DNA of 64,000 bases from Gammaproteobacteria bacterium (GTDB taxonomy: Bacteria > Pseudomonadota > Gammaproteobacteria > CAJXQU01). A program made the translations under genes and the position numbers. This document shows, one piece after another, positions 36,335 to 45,963 of this stretch; the first letter of the stretch is position 1, and each line of letters opens with the position of its first letter. The stretch is taken from contig CBDEGZ010000003.1 of the NCBI GenBank assembly GCA_965238175.1, positions 3,104,001-3,168,000 of the forward strand, given 5' to 3'. The notes beneath the pieces are model-generated. The model was not told the DNA's origin. It did no database searches and worked only from the letters and a program-made list of their open reading frames with translations.

Positions 36335-36754
36335 ATGTTATATATTAAGGCTTTCCACATAATCTTTATGGTCACCTGGTTTGCCGGGCTTTTTTATCTA
36401 CCGCGTTTATTCGTTTATCACGCCATGAGTGACGATCAAATCAGTAATGATCGTTTCAAGATCATGGAACGGAAACTCTTCTACGGCATCATGACACCCG
36501 GTGCAATTCTCACCATTGCTTTTGGACTTTGGATGATTGCGAAAGTGGGGATTAGTAACTATGGCAGCTGGCTTCACCTCAAATTAGCATTGGTCGGCAT
36601 ATTGATCATTTACCACTTCTACTGCGGCAAATGTTTGATCGACTTTAAACATGACCGCAACACCCACAGCCACATTTTTTACCGTTGGCTAAATGAATTC
36701 CCCGTACTATTGATTATCCCAATTGTGATCCTCGCTGTTGTTAGACCATTTTGA
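36335..36754 (+). CDS. hemJ: protoporphyrinogen oxidase HemJ
   Basis: KAFHIIFMVTWFAGLFYLPRLFVYH, RWLNEFP. Confidence 0.93.
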   Translation: MLYIKAFHIIFMVTWFAGLFYLPRLFVYHAMSDDQISNDRFKIMERKLFYGIMTPGAILTIAFGLWMIAKVGISNYGSWLHLKLALVGILIIYHFYCGKCLIDFKHDRNTHSHIFYRWLNEFPVLLIIPIVILAVVRPF

Positions 36755-37557
36755 GCAAAACATCTAATAAATCAAAAACCGTACTCGTTTTTGCTGGACA
36801 TGATCCAACCGGCGGTGCTGGCATTCAAGCAGATATCGAAACAACTGCCGCTTTGGGCGGACACTGCTGCCCGATCATCACAACACAAACTATTCAGAAC
36901 ACAGAATCATTGATAGAAACACAAGCTATCAATCCTGATTGGATCAAAAGACAAACCGATCATTTACTCAAAGATATCAGTCCCAACGCGATCAAAATCG
37001 GGCTACTCTCATCTACTGAAACTGTCGAGGCAATCGTAGAATGCCTCATCGAAAACAACTTAACCGATCTTCCCATCGTTTTAGATCCTGTCTTACGATC
37101 AGGCTCAGGAACCGACTTATCCAATGATAATTTAGTGGCTACGATCAAAGATAAACTCTTACCACTCACCACAATTATTACACCCAATAATCATGAAGCA
37201 AGAACATTAAGCGCTTTAAACCCTTTAGACAAAGCAGCAAAAAAATTAATCAAACAAGGTTGTCGATTTGTCCTGATCACCGGAGCAGATGAAGCCGATC
37301 AAATAGTAAAAAATCGCTTATACGGACAAAACGGTTTGATCGAGATTTATAGTTTTGAAAAATTACCTGGCACTTTTCATGGATCAGGTTGTACCTTGTC
37401 GTCAGCAATTGCAACACTACTAGCAGAAGGCTTGAATATCCGAACAGCAATTGAACAAGCACAAACCTATACTTGGAACTCACTTAAGGCGGGTTATCAT
37501 GTTGGACAAAAACAAAAAACGCCTAAAAGAATAATGGATATCAGTAGATCATGTTAG
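36751..37557 (+). CDS. thiD: hydroxymethylpyrimidine/phosphomethylpyrimidine kinase
   Basis: AGHDPTGGAGIQAD, DPV, ITPN, HGSGCTLSSAIA. Confidence 0.9.
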   Translation: MSKTSNKSKTVLVFAGHDPTGGAGIQADIETTAALGGHCCPIITTQTIQNTESLIETQAINPDWIKRQTDHLLKDISPNAIKIGLLSSTETVEAIVECLIENNLTDLPIVLDPVLRSGSGTDLSNDNLVATIKDKLLPLTTIITPNNHEARTLSALNPLDKAAKKLIKQGCRFVLITGADEADQIVKNRLYGQNGLIEIYSFEKLPGTFHGSGCTLSSAIATLLAEGLNIRTAIEQAQTYTWNSLKAGYHVGQKQKTPKRIMDISRSC

Positions 37558-37637
37558 CACAGCGTAATCCGATAAAATTGATGTTTGCTTATGCTGTGTT
37601 AAACAAACCTACAACAATTATCAAACTAGAGGAACAA

Positions 37638-38105
37638 ATAAAAAAATTTATCGTGTTCTTGTTATACGCAATTGGTGGTTTAATTGGAGTGCTAGTTTTT
37701 ACAACGGAATTGGCTGCACAGGATATAAAAAGTGGAAGAGTTTGTTTAGCGCCTTTACCCATTCTTGATAAAGGGCAGGAGACACCTTGGAAAATCGTTA
37801 ATAACAAGAACGAAACAAATTACTCTGTTCAGATCAATGATAAGGCTCCAGTTAGACTATCAACAACGAAGGTTCATTGGGTGCCAGATTTAGATTTAGA
37901 TAAATTCCATCAAGCAGTTGTATTGATTGACGAAAAGAAGGCAGAATCATTTAACTTTACAATTGAAGCTAAAAGTTTGAGGAATAAGTCCAAACCTGAT
38001 TTGTGTTTATTTGTGAATTCACTCTATCTAACTTGGCAGATCTGGCCTGTGGAAAAAACGGGCAAATGGTGTCCATGTTGGTCAAATGATCTTTTGAAGA
38101 GATAG
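37638..38105 (+). CDS. hypothetical exported protein (probable ATA or mutated start)
   Basis: RBS GAGGA 4 nt before an in-frame ATA at 37638, then signal-peptide-like KKFIVFLLYAIGGLIGVLVFTTELAA; track ORF starts at 37551. Confidence 0.55.
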   Translation: MKKFIVFLLYAIGGLIGVLVFTTELAAQDIKSGRVCLAPLPILDKGQETPWKIVNNKNETNYSVQINDKAPVRLSTTKVHWVPDLDLDKFHQAVVLIDEKKAESFNFTIEAKSLRNKSKPDLCLFVNSLYLTWQIWPVEKTGKWCPCWSNDLLKR

Positions 38106-38504
38106 TAATGACCATTGGAGAATTCCCTAACAAAGGTATGCAGCGAATTGCTGTGGCTAAACCACTCTCAATAAAACAGACCTAAACAACTTTATTATCA
38201 AATCGAAAATATTCGACCAAACAAACATGTTCCTAATGTTTTCAAAGATTATGGTGATATAAATTATCCTGAATTTTCTGATATCGACTATAAATTAATT
38301 CAAGCCTACAGATGAAGCTATACTTTTAGGTGGTTGTTTCGATAACAAGATATATTTACACTTTGGTGGTCTCAGATCTAATTCGAACCGAAATAAAAAA
38401 CGAACTATTGTCTTAAAGTTGGAATGAATATCCTCAGATAAATAAAACCCTATGGTAAAGAATCAATCAACTAATTCTTTTTAAACTAAATTTAGTAATA
38501 AATA

Positions 38505-38834
38505 ATGACCTACACTTATCTAGCAATCGCCATCATCGCTGAAGTTATCGCGACTAGTGCATTAAAAGCCTCGCAAGAATTTAGCCAACTGATCCCTAGC
38601 ATTCTAGTCATAGCTGGATATGCAATTGCATTTTATTTTATGACGCTGGTTTTACGTGTACTTCCTATTGGAATTACCTATGCGATTTGGTCTGGTTTGG
38701 GCATCATACTTGTCGCAATAATTGGCTTTTTTGCCTACAAGGAAACACCTGATTTACCTGCAATCCTTGGAATGACTTTGATTATCGCAGGTGTTGTGGT
38801 TATTCATTTATTTTCCAATAATGTGGATCATTAA
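38505..38834 (+). CDS. SMR family multidrug efflux protein (EmrE/QacE-like)
   Basis: YLAIAIIAEVIATSALKAS, YAIWSGLG; four TM segments. Confidence 0.92.
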   Translation: MTYTYLAIAIIAEVIATSALKASQEFSQLIPSILVIAGYAIAFYFMTLVLRVLPIGITYAIWSGLGIILVAIIGFFAYKETPDLPAILGMTLIIAGVVVIHLFSNNVDH

Positions 38835-38883
38835 TTCGCCATCTAAATAATCGTTTTTAAAGAAAAAAGCCACATATACACCA

Positions 38884-39489
38884 ATGATTTCTCTCCTCAA
38901 AAAAGGACTCTATGCAATCACCAACAATAATGATCCACTTAAAAATGTTGAAGCCATTTTAAAAGCAGGCACCGTCATTCTCCAATATAGAGAAAAAACA
39001 AATCCTGATCCGAAATATGCAAAAAAACTAATACTACTTTGTCGCAATCATAAAGCTATTTTCATCATCAATGATGATCCACACCTGGCAAAAATGATCG
39101 GCGCTGACGGAGTACACATAGGCGAGAAAGATGGTTCTTATCAGCAAGCAAGAAAACTATTAGGAAAAAAAGCAATCATCGGAATTTCTTGTTACGACTC
39201 GCTTGAACTTGCAATTGAGGCTGAACAACTAGGAGCGAACTATGTCGCTTTCGGTACCTTCTACCCATCTAAAACTAAACAGAACACCCGTCGACCAAAC
39301 CTTGATCTGCTGACGCAAGCCAAAAAGAAACTTTCTATTCCCATAGTTGCGATCGGCGGCATTACACCGGAAAATGCACCTCCATTAATTGCCGCAGGTG
39401 CTGATTATATCGCCGCAATCCACGGCGTGTTCGGACAATCAGATCCTGGCAAAGTAGCTAAAGAATACAAAGAACTATTTGAGGAATAA
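38884..39489 (+). CDS. thiE: thiamine-phosphate synthase
   Basis: LQYREK, IINDD, DGVHIG, PSKTK, VAIGGI. Confidence 0.93.
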   Translation: MISLLKKGLYAITNNNDPLKNVEAILKAGTVILQYREKTNPDPKYAKKLILLCRNHKAIFIINDDPHLAKMIGADGVHIGEKDGSYQQARKLLGKKAIIGISCYDSLELAIEAEQLGANYVAFGTFYPSKTKQNTRRPNLDLLTQAKKKLSIPIVAIGGITPENAPPLIAAGADYIAAIHGVFGQSDPGKVAKEYKELFEE

Positions 39490-39493
39490 TTGA

Positions 39494-40774
39494 ATGACCA
39501 AATCAGCAGAACTTTTTCAACAAGCTCAAAAACATATTCCCGGTGGCGTAAATTCACCGGTGCGTGCATTCAAAGGTGTTGGTGGCGATCCTATCTTTTT
39601 CAAAAAAGCCAAAGGTGCTTATCTGATCGACGACGATGACAATCGCTATATTGATTACGTTGGTTCTTGGGGGCCAATGATAGTCGGTCATGCACATCCT
39701 ATGGTGATTTCTGCGGTACAAGAAACAGCAGCAAACGGATTAAGCTTCGGCGCACCAACGGCGATTGAGATTGTACTGGCAGAAATGGTTTGCGAACTTG
39801 TACCTTCGATCGAAAAGGTCCGTATGGTCAGTTCAGGAACGGAAGCCACCATGAGCGCAATCCGTCTGGCACGAGGTTACACAGGCCGCGACAAGATCGT
39901 TAAATTTGAAGGTTGTTACCACGGCCATGCTGACTCTCTGTTGGTAAAAGCCGGTTCCGGTGCATTGACATTAGGCGTTCCTAGTTCGGCCGGTGTCCCT
40001 GAAGGTTTGGCCGAACACACTATTACGCTAACGTATAACAATATTGAAGAAGTTGAAAAAGTATTCGCAGAAATCGGCGATCAAATTGCAGCCATTATTG
40101 TTGAACCTGTCGCAGGTAATATGAATTGTATTCCACCCGTATCTGGATTCCTCGAAGGCTTACGATCCGTCACTGAAAAACATGGCAGCGTTTTGATCAT
40201 CGATGAAGTGATGACAGGCTTTCGTGTCGCGCTCGGTGGCGCTCAAGCGCATTATGGCATTACGCCAGATTTGACAACGCTAGGCAAAGTTCTTGGTGGC
40301 GGTATGCCCGTTGGAGCCTTTGGTGGTAAAAAAGAAATTATGGATCATATAGCGCCAGATGGTCCCGTTTATCAGGCAGGTACTTTATCTGGTAATCCGG
40401 TTGCCATGGCTGCTGGACTTGCAACACTAGAATTGATCGCAAAACCTGACTTTCATAAATCACTGGCCGCAACTACAAAGATGTTAGTAAATGGTATTCA
40501 AACAGCAGCAGATAAAACAGAGATCCCACTAACAACGAATCAGGTTGGTGGCATGTTTGGACTGTTTTTTACCGAAGAGAAAAACATCACCTCATTTGCC
40601 CAGGTGATGAAATGTGATCAGGAACGCTTCAAAAAGTTTTTTCATTCCATGTTGAAAGAAGGTATTTATCTAGCACCTTCGGCTTTTGAAACAGGTTTCG
40701 TATCTAGCAAACATAGTAATAAAGAAATAGAAGAGACGATCAACGCTGCTGAAAAAGTTTTCTCGACCTTATGA
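39494..40774 (+). CDS. hemL: glutamate-1-semialdehyde 2,1-aminomutase
   Basis: [46 protein letters not shown]. Confidence 0.97.
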   Translation: MTKSAELFQQAQKHIPGGVNSPVRAFKGVGGDPIFFKKAKGAYLIDDDDNRYIDYVGSWGPMIVGHAHPMVISAVQETAANGLSFGAPTAIEIVLAEMVCELVPSIEKVRMVSSGTEATMSAIRLARGYTGRDKIVKFEGCYHGHADSLLVKAGSGALTLGVPSSAGVPEGLAEHTITLTYNNIEEVEKVFAEIGDQIAAIIVEPVAGNMNCIPPVSGFLEGLRSVTEKHGSVLIIDEVMTGFRVALGGAQAHYGITPDLTTLGKVLGGGMPVGAFGGKKEIMDHIAPDGPVYQAGTLSGNPVAMAAGLATLELIAKPDFHKSLAATTKMLVNGIQTAADKTEIPLTTNQVGGMFGLFFTEEKNITSFAQVMKCDQERFKKFFHSMLKEGIYLAPSAFETGFVSSKHSNKEIEETINAAEKVFSTL

Positions 40775-40838
40775 TTTCGAACAACACTAGCTTCGAATAA
40801 TTCGGTATCTTAAATCTTGGGCTTCAAATTTAGGGCAT

Positions 40839-40879
40839 AAAAAAACCCGGTAAGAATCGCTTCTATACCGGGCTTTCTT
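40839..40879 (-). terminator. Rho-independent terminator between convergent hemL and pqqA
   Basis: CCCGGTA...TACCGGG stem; U7 tail on the minus strand, CTTTCTT on the plus strand. Confidence 0.8.
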
Positions 40880-40892
40880 AATTCTTTAAATC

Positions 40893-40967
40893 TTAACGAT
40901 TCATGATGTACATTGTTACTTCAAAACCGAATCTTAGATCTTCGTATGCTGGAGTTTCCCATTTCAT
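40893..40967 (-). CDS. pqqA: pyrroloquinoline quinone precursor peptide PqqA (24 aa)
   Basis: Not in ORF track: MKWETPAYEDLRFGFEVTMYIMNR* with W.xP...DLR.GFEVTMY (E-x3-Y); RBS AGGAGA upstream. Confidence 0.95.
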   Translation of the reverse strand: MKWETPAYEDLRFGFEVTMYIMNR

Positions 40968-41030
40968 GATATTTCTCCTATCAGTTGTTTATAAAATTGG
41001 TAGAACCAAATTGTCTACTTATAATCTATA

Positions 41031-41048
41031 TAGCACCTGACATGCCAA
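41031..41048 (-). promoter_or_regulatory. sigma54 (-24/-12) promoter of pqqA
   Basis: Minus strand TTGGCATGTCAGGTGCTA = GG-N10-GC. Confidence 0.7.
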
Positions 41049-41156
41049 CTTTTTAAAATTTCCTTATAAAATCGTATAATTCATTAATATTCAATAGCTT
41101 AAATTGTCTATCGTAATATTCTGGCTAACGCCGCCGATCGATATTTATTGCTTTTT

Positions 41157-41197
41157 TGGTTGTTATTAACCAACAACATGGTTGTTCTATAACCAAC
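41157..41197. promoter_or_regulatory. tandem palindromic sites (candidate enhancer for a sigma54 activator)
   Basis: TGGTTGTTATTAACCAAC and TGGTTGTTCTATAACCAAC, 22 bp start to start, ~110-150 bp upstream of the -24 box; IHF-like ATTCAATAGCTTA at 41089-41101. Confidence 0.55.
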
Positions 41198-41378
41198 TGT
41201 TTGTTTGACTCAATCCTTAACATATGAAGATCGCCATATACAAAACCCATCCAAACAAGATTCAATCCATACCCTTCAGAAAATGCGTATTGGGAGTCAT
41301 TCCATCTTGAGGTAGAATTGCCGATCTTAACCTCTCAAGAACATTAATAAATTTCGTTTCAACACGGAGAATAATAAA

Positions 41379-42533
41379 GTGAAAATTGTAATTGCGCCTG
41401 ACTCTTTCAAAGAAAACCTGACTTCAATGCAAGTTGCGACCTGTATCGAAAAAGGCATTAAAAAAGTTTTACCAAAAGCCAAATGTTTTAAAGTCCCCAT
41501 GGCCGATGGTGGTGAAGGTACAGTTCAATCTCTAGTTGATGCAACAGGCGGAAAAATTGTACGTAAAAAAGTCACCGGCCCTGCTGGTAATCAAGTTACA
41601 GCACGTTATGGTTTATTGGGTGATGGCGTAACCGGCGTGATCGAAATGGCGGAAGCTTCTGGCTTACACTTAGTCGAAAAAGCAAAACGAGATCCATTAA
41701 CAGCTTCAACCTTCGGTACCGGCGAATTGATCGCAGACGCAATGAAGAAAGGCATTAAAACAATCATCATTGGCTTGGGTGGATCAGCAACAGTCGATGG
41801 TGGCGCAGGAATGGCGCAAGCACTCGGCGTTCGCTTTTTAGATCAAAAAGGAAATGAAATCACACAACACCTGGGCGGCGGCATGTTGAAAAACATCGCG
41901 ACCATCGACATGAGCCAGGCTAACCCTTTGATCAAAAAAACCAAGATTATTATTGCTTCAGATGTTGTAAACCCTCTCTCAGGTAAACAAGGTGCAGCAC
42001 ATGTTTTCGGCCCACAAAAAGGCGCAACGCCAGCACAAGTTAAAACGCTGGATGACAATCTCAAATACTTTGGTCAGCTGATCAAAAAGCAACTTAAAAA
42101 AGACATCGCAGCAAAACCGGGCGCTGGCGCTGCTGGTGGTTTAGGCGCAGCACTGATGGCCCTCACACGATCAAATATGAAACGCGGTGTAGATCTGATC
42201 GTGAAAATGACAGACTTAGAAAAATATTTAAAAGGAGCTGATCTGGTTATTACTGGCGAAGGTCGAGTCGACTTCCAAACCGCTTTCGGTAAAACACCAG
42301 CAGGCGTTGCAAAAGCGGCGAAAAGACATAAAGTACCTGTCGTTGCGATAGGTGGTTGTTTAGCCGATGACGCACGCGGCGTTTTTGATCACGGCATCCA
42401 TGGTCTTGATGCCGCCGCTGCAAAAGACATGAGTTTTGAAACAGCGATTAAAGATTCACGTAAACATTTAGAACTCGCTGGTGAGCGTGTGATCAGAATG
42501 CTGTTAATCGGGAAGAAAATGGCGAAGAAGTAA
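41379..42533 (+). CDS. glxK: glycerate kinase
   Basis: IVIAPDSFKE, PMADGGEGT, FGPQKGA, GAGAAGGLG, ITGEG. Confidence 0.93.
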   Translation: MKIVIAPDSFKENLTSMQVATCIEKGIKKVLPKAKCFKVPMADGGEGTVQSLVDATGGKIVRKKVTGPAGNQVTARYGLLGDGVTGVIEMAEASGLHLVEKAKRDPLTASTFGTGELIADAMKKGIKTIIIGLGGSATVDGGAGMAQALGVRFLDQKGNEITQHLGGGMLKNIATIDMSQANPLIKKTKIIIASDVVNPLSGKQGAAHVFGPQKGATPAQVKTLDDNLKYFGQLIKKQLKKDIAAKPGAGAAGGLGAALMALTRSNMKRGVDLIVKMTDLEKYLKGADLVITGEGRVDFQTAFGKTPAGVAKAAKRHKVPVVAIGGCLADDARGVFDHGIHGLDAAAAKDMSFETAIKDSRKHLELAGERVIRMLLIGKKMAKK

Positions 42534-42579
42534 TAGAGAGTTTATCTTCTAACGCAATTACGTACGTGCATAGGAACAA

Positions 42580-42795
42580 GTGCTTTTCACATTTTTAAAA
42601 GGTATTTATAAAAATACAGTATACGTTAAAGTTCGAAAAAACCGCTTTGACATTCGACATATAGAAAGCCAACAACAACTTCTAAGTGGAGCACTGCTAT
42701 TGTTATCGGCCTACTGGCTCAAAGTAAGATCCGTTTTGGTTTCTAAACTGCCAGAATCCACACAACAATATCTTCCAAAAATAGGCTCTATTTAA
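42580..42795 (+). pseudogene. probable gene fragment(s)
   Basis: N-terminal TVYVKVRKNRFDIRHIE resembles the start of a small YjaA-like protein, then changes character; followed by a MITE. Confidence 0.3.
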
Positions 42796-42836
42796 TGGTT
42801 TATATCAACCCTCATTCTCATCTTTATCACTCAAGA

Positions 42837-42978
42837 GAGACCTTTGCACGAGCAGGGATTTTATTCTCGGGCAAAGCAAAAACGCACGGAATGAGGGAGT
42901 TTATACTCATAAATGACCGATTGAGTACGTTTTTAACGATGCCAGAGAACAAAAGAACAATCGTGGTACGAAAGTCTC
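42837..42978. mobile_element. 142-bp palindromic MITE-like element (GAGACC-ended family)
   Basis: Ends GAGACCTTTGCA / TACGAAAGTCTC; centre AAAAACGCAC..GGAGTTTATACTCATAAATGACC..GTACGTTTTT. Confidence 0.65.
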
Positions 42979-42982
42979 AAAA

Positions 42983-43432
42983 ATGAAAATCTGGGTAGAC
43001 GCCGACGCTTGTCCTGTCGTAATCAAAGAAATATTATTTCGTGCATCAAAACGTACGCAGACAGAAATCACCCTGGTTGCAAATCAATTTATGCAGATCC
43101 CAAAATCACCTTTGATCAATTTTGTCAAAGTCTCAGCTGGATTTGATGTAGCAGATGATGAAATTGTAAAAAGAATGAATGCCGGCGATCTCGTGATCAC
43201 AAATGATATTCCCTTAGCGTCAGAGATAATCGAAAAAGGCGGAACGGCGCTCAACCCTCGCGGTGAACTTTATACAACGGATAATATTAAAGAACGTCTT
43301 GATGTGCGAGATTTTATGGAAACGATGCGTTCCAGTGGAATCGAAACTGGTGGGCCGCCTGCACTCAATCAAAATGATCGACAGACATTCGCGAATCAAT
43401 TGGATAAGCTTTTAACTCAGCTTGGTAAATGA
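42983..43432 (+). CDS. YaiI/YqxD (UPF0178) family protein
   Basis: [30 protein letters not shown]. Confidence 0.92.
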   Translation: MKIWVDADACPVVIKEILFRASKRTQTEITLVANQFMQIPKSPLINFVKVSAGFDVADDEIVKRMNAGDLVITNDIPLASEIIEKGGTALNPRGELYTTDNIKERLDVRDFMETMRSSGIETGGPPALNQNDRQTFANQLDKLLTQLGK

Positions 43433-43542
43433 AATTATAAATGGACTGTCATGCTGAGGCCACGAAGCATCTTAAAGAACGGAGCCCGTGATCTCATACT
43501 TTCTGACAGAACATCTAGAGTTAATAGCGGAATTATAAAGTG

Positions 43543-43737
43543 TCGTAGGGTGTAATTATAACGACATGGATGTCGAAGGTAGGTTGTGATTAAGCATGGT
43601 TTTTATGCCGTAACCCAACATCAATTCATATCGACTTTTATATATGGTTTATGTCGGCTTATACCCCAAGCTACGCTCGCAACGGGCTCTTGCGTTACCC
43701 TACCTTCTACATCCATACAGTTGTAAGCCGACTACGA
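43543..43737. repeat. nested REP/BIME-like palindromic element
   Basis: Arms ATGGATGTCGAAGGTAGG / CCTACCTTCTACATCCAT; outer TCGTAG/CTACGA; inner GTAGGTTG..AACCCAAC. Confidence 0.5.
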
Positions 43738-43747
43738 TACTTCTCGA

Positions 43748-44785
43748 TCAAAACACCCGCACTGATGTCGATTTAAAATTCAGCCAAACATCACTACCCA
43801 AATTTAAGGACATTTCTTGCAATGACTCTTGTGTGATTTGAACCTGAAACTTTTCGCCAGCTTCGACGGTTATCCAAACTCGGCCTTTGTCTTCAGCAAT
43901 TGCAATCACTCGTCCCTGAAAACTATTTCTCATACTGGAATTCAACGACCCATTTGATAAGACGATCTCAATTGGATCGATAACAAAATGTTTTCCATCG
44001 GAAATATCTTTTGGTAAATTGATCAAAATTTTTCCAGTCTCAAAATGATGTTGATCTTGTTGCCGATCGACATGTCCATGAAACAAATTGAGTAAGGGTG
44101 CGTTGACGATGCGACCGTTCATTAAACTGATTACTTCTTCTGACAAGGCCATTCCTTGTAGTTGATCGTGCGTACTCAAAACCACAGTCATGTTTTGAGT
44201 GCTCATCAAACTTCGTAATAAATTTTCTAAACTCTCTACACTTTTTTGATCGAGATGAGCAAATGGTTCATCTAGCAATAATACTTTTGGTTGAAGAATT
44301 AACGCACGGGCTAGCGATACTTTTTGCGCTTCGCCTCCAGAGAGTTCTTTTACATTTCGATGGTGGAAGTCACTAACCCCAACTTGTTTTAAAACCTGAT
44401 CAATTTGAGATTTTTGAACTGTCTTTGGTTGGCCACGAAAGTTTAATCCAAGCGCAATATTTTCTTCAACAGTTCCTTTTAGTAGATAAGGATTTTGTGA
44501 AACGAGCGCGACATTTCTACGAAGTGAAAGTACCGTCTTTTGATCAGATTGATTGTTCGATTTCTGGTTTAACTTCTGATCAAAAAAAGTCAGCTCACCT
44601 TGATCGGGAGTTTGTAAAAAAGCTAATAAATTAAGTAAGGTTGATTTGCCTGATCCATTACTGCCGATCAACGTTGTGATCTGATTTCGTTTAATGGCTA
44701 GATCAGAAATTTCCAACTTGAAATCATTATCATAGCGATAGCTTAGATCGCTTAAGTGGTAAGCAAGATCTTGGTTATTGATCAT
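43748..44785 (-). CDS. tungstate/molybdate ABC transporter ATPase with TOBE domain (TupC-like)
   Basis: GSNGSGKS, LSGGEAQK, LLLDEP; C-terminal SSMRNSFQG TOBE domain. Confidence 0.85.
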   Translation of the reverse strand: MINNQDLAYHLSDLSYRYDNDFKLEISDLAIKRNQITTLIGSNGSGKSTLLNLLAFLQTPDQGELTFFDQKLNQKSNNQSDQKTVLSLRRNVALVSQNPYLLKGTVEENIALGLNFRGQPKTVQKSQIDQVLKQVGVSDFHHRNVKELSGGEAQKVSLARALILQPKVLLLDEPFAHLDQKSVESLENLLRSLMSTQNMTVVLSTHDQLQGMALSEEVISLMNGRIVNAPLLNLFHGHVDRQQDQHHFETGKILINLPKDISDGKHFVIDPIEIVLSNGSLNSSMRNSFQGRVIAIAEDKGRVWITVEAGEKFQVQITQESLQEMSLNLGSDVWLNFKSTSVRVF

Positions 44786-45480
44786 GACCTTGCACTTTTG
44801 CTGCTTAGAAATTGCAAGCCAAAATTAACCACAAAAGCGATAATCAGCAATAACACGCCGAGCGCCAGCGCCAACTCAAATTCACCTTTGCTGGTTTCAA
44901 GTGCGATCGCTGTGGTCATTGTTCTCGTGAAACCTTCGATATTTCCGCCCAACATCATCGCGGCACCGACTTCTCCAATCGCCCGACCAAAGCCTGCGAC
45001 GATTGCCGCCATCACCGCAAATCGAGTTTCTCGCAAGACTTGCCAGGTAAGCTGGATTTTATCCGCGCCTAATGATCGTAATGTCGGTACCAATCGTTTA
45101 TCTGAAGATTGAACTGCCACAATTGTCAGGTTAAGAATAATCGGCAGGATCAAAATACATTCTGCGATCACCACGGCGGCAGGCGTATATAACAGTTCTA
45201 ATTCGCCCATTGGCCCTTGTCGGGTGAATAAGCCGTACAACAATAAACCGATCACAACCGTTGGCATCGCCATTAATGTATTGAGAATTTGCTGTAGGAA
45301 TTGCTTGCCACGAAATTCACTAAGTGCGATGACAACACCAGAAGGTACGGCGATTACTGCCGCGAAGATCGCCGCCATGATCGATATCTTTAAGGATGTC
45401 CAGGCGATGAACCACACCTCTGGATCAAATTTAAAAACCAGATCTAGCGCGGCTGAAAAGGACTCGGTAAAATATCCCAC
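44782..45480 (-). CDS. tupB: tungstate ABC transporter permease
   Basis: LMAMPTVVIGLLLY..RQGPMG, GFGRAIGEVGAAMMLGGNI..TRTMTTAIALETSKG. Confidence 0.85.
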   Translation of the reverse strand: MGYFTESFSAALDLVFKFDPEVWFIAWTSLKISIMAAIFAAVIAVPSGVVIALSEFRGKQFLQQILNTLMAMPTVVIGLLLYGLFTRQGPMGELELLYTPAAVVIAECILILPIILNLTIVAVQSSDKRLVPTLRSLGADKIQLTWQVLRETRFAVMAAIVAGFGRAIGEVGAAMMLGGNIEGFTRTMTTAIALETSKGEFELALALGVLLLIIAFVVNFGLQFLSSKSARS

Positions 45481-45510
45481 AGGAATGTGTTCGGTATTAA
45501 CTCAATTGAC

Positions 45511-45963
45511 TTAGCTTAGTCGACCATTAATCACATATTTCATGATCTCAACAATTTCTTCCGGTGTTTTGGCGACGGCAAGTGCGGCCGCATCAACTTC
45601 TTTGAGCGGATGCGTCAGTTCTGGATCATGCATGCTGATCAAGGACTTACCCAAGGCCGCTGCATAACCCGCATCAAACGCTGCATTCCATTGTCGGTAT
45701 TTATCACCAAATCGCACCACAACCACATCCGCTTTTTCGATTAAGGTTCTTGTGCGGATCGAATTTATTTTTGAGGCTTTATGATCTTTCCAGAAAGGCG
45801 TTTGCTCGGTGCCCAGAATATGATCGCCACAATCATCACTTGATGCATGATCAGTCACCGGTGCGGTTAATGTAATGGGCAGGCCTGCGTCTTTGATGCC
45901 TGATTCAATTCGTTCGCGCCAGTCGCTGTGGATCTCGCCGGACAGGTAAAGATTCCAGTTCAT
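45511..45963 (-). CDS. YtoQ family protein
   Basis: YLSGEIHSDWR, YRQWNAAFDAGYA, HPLKEVD. Confidence 0.88.
   Translation of the reverse strand: MNWNLYLSGEIHSDWRERIESGIKDAGLPITLTAPVTDHASSDDCGDHILGTEQTPFWKDHKASKINSIRTRTLIEKADVVVVRFGDKYRQWNAAFDAGYAAALGKSLISMHDPELTHPLKEVDAAALAVAKTPEEIVEIMKYVINGRLS

Noticed and set aside
42795-42986. 63-aa track ORF upstream of yaiI (also 8047-8250 and 46658-46864)
   Set aside because: These frames run through the MITE copies; no independent coding evidence.
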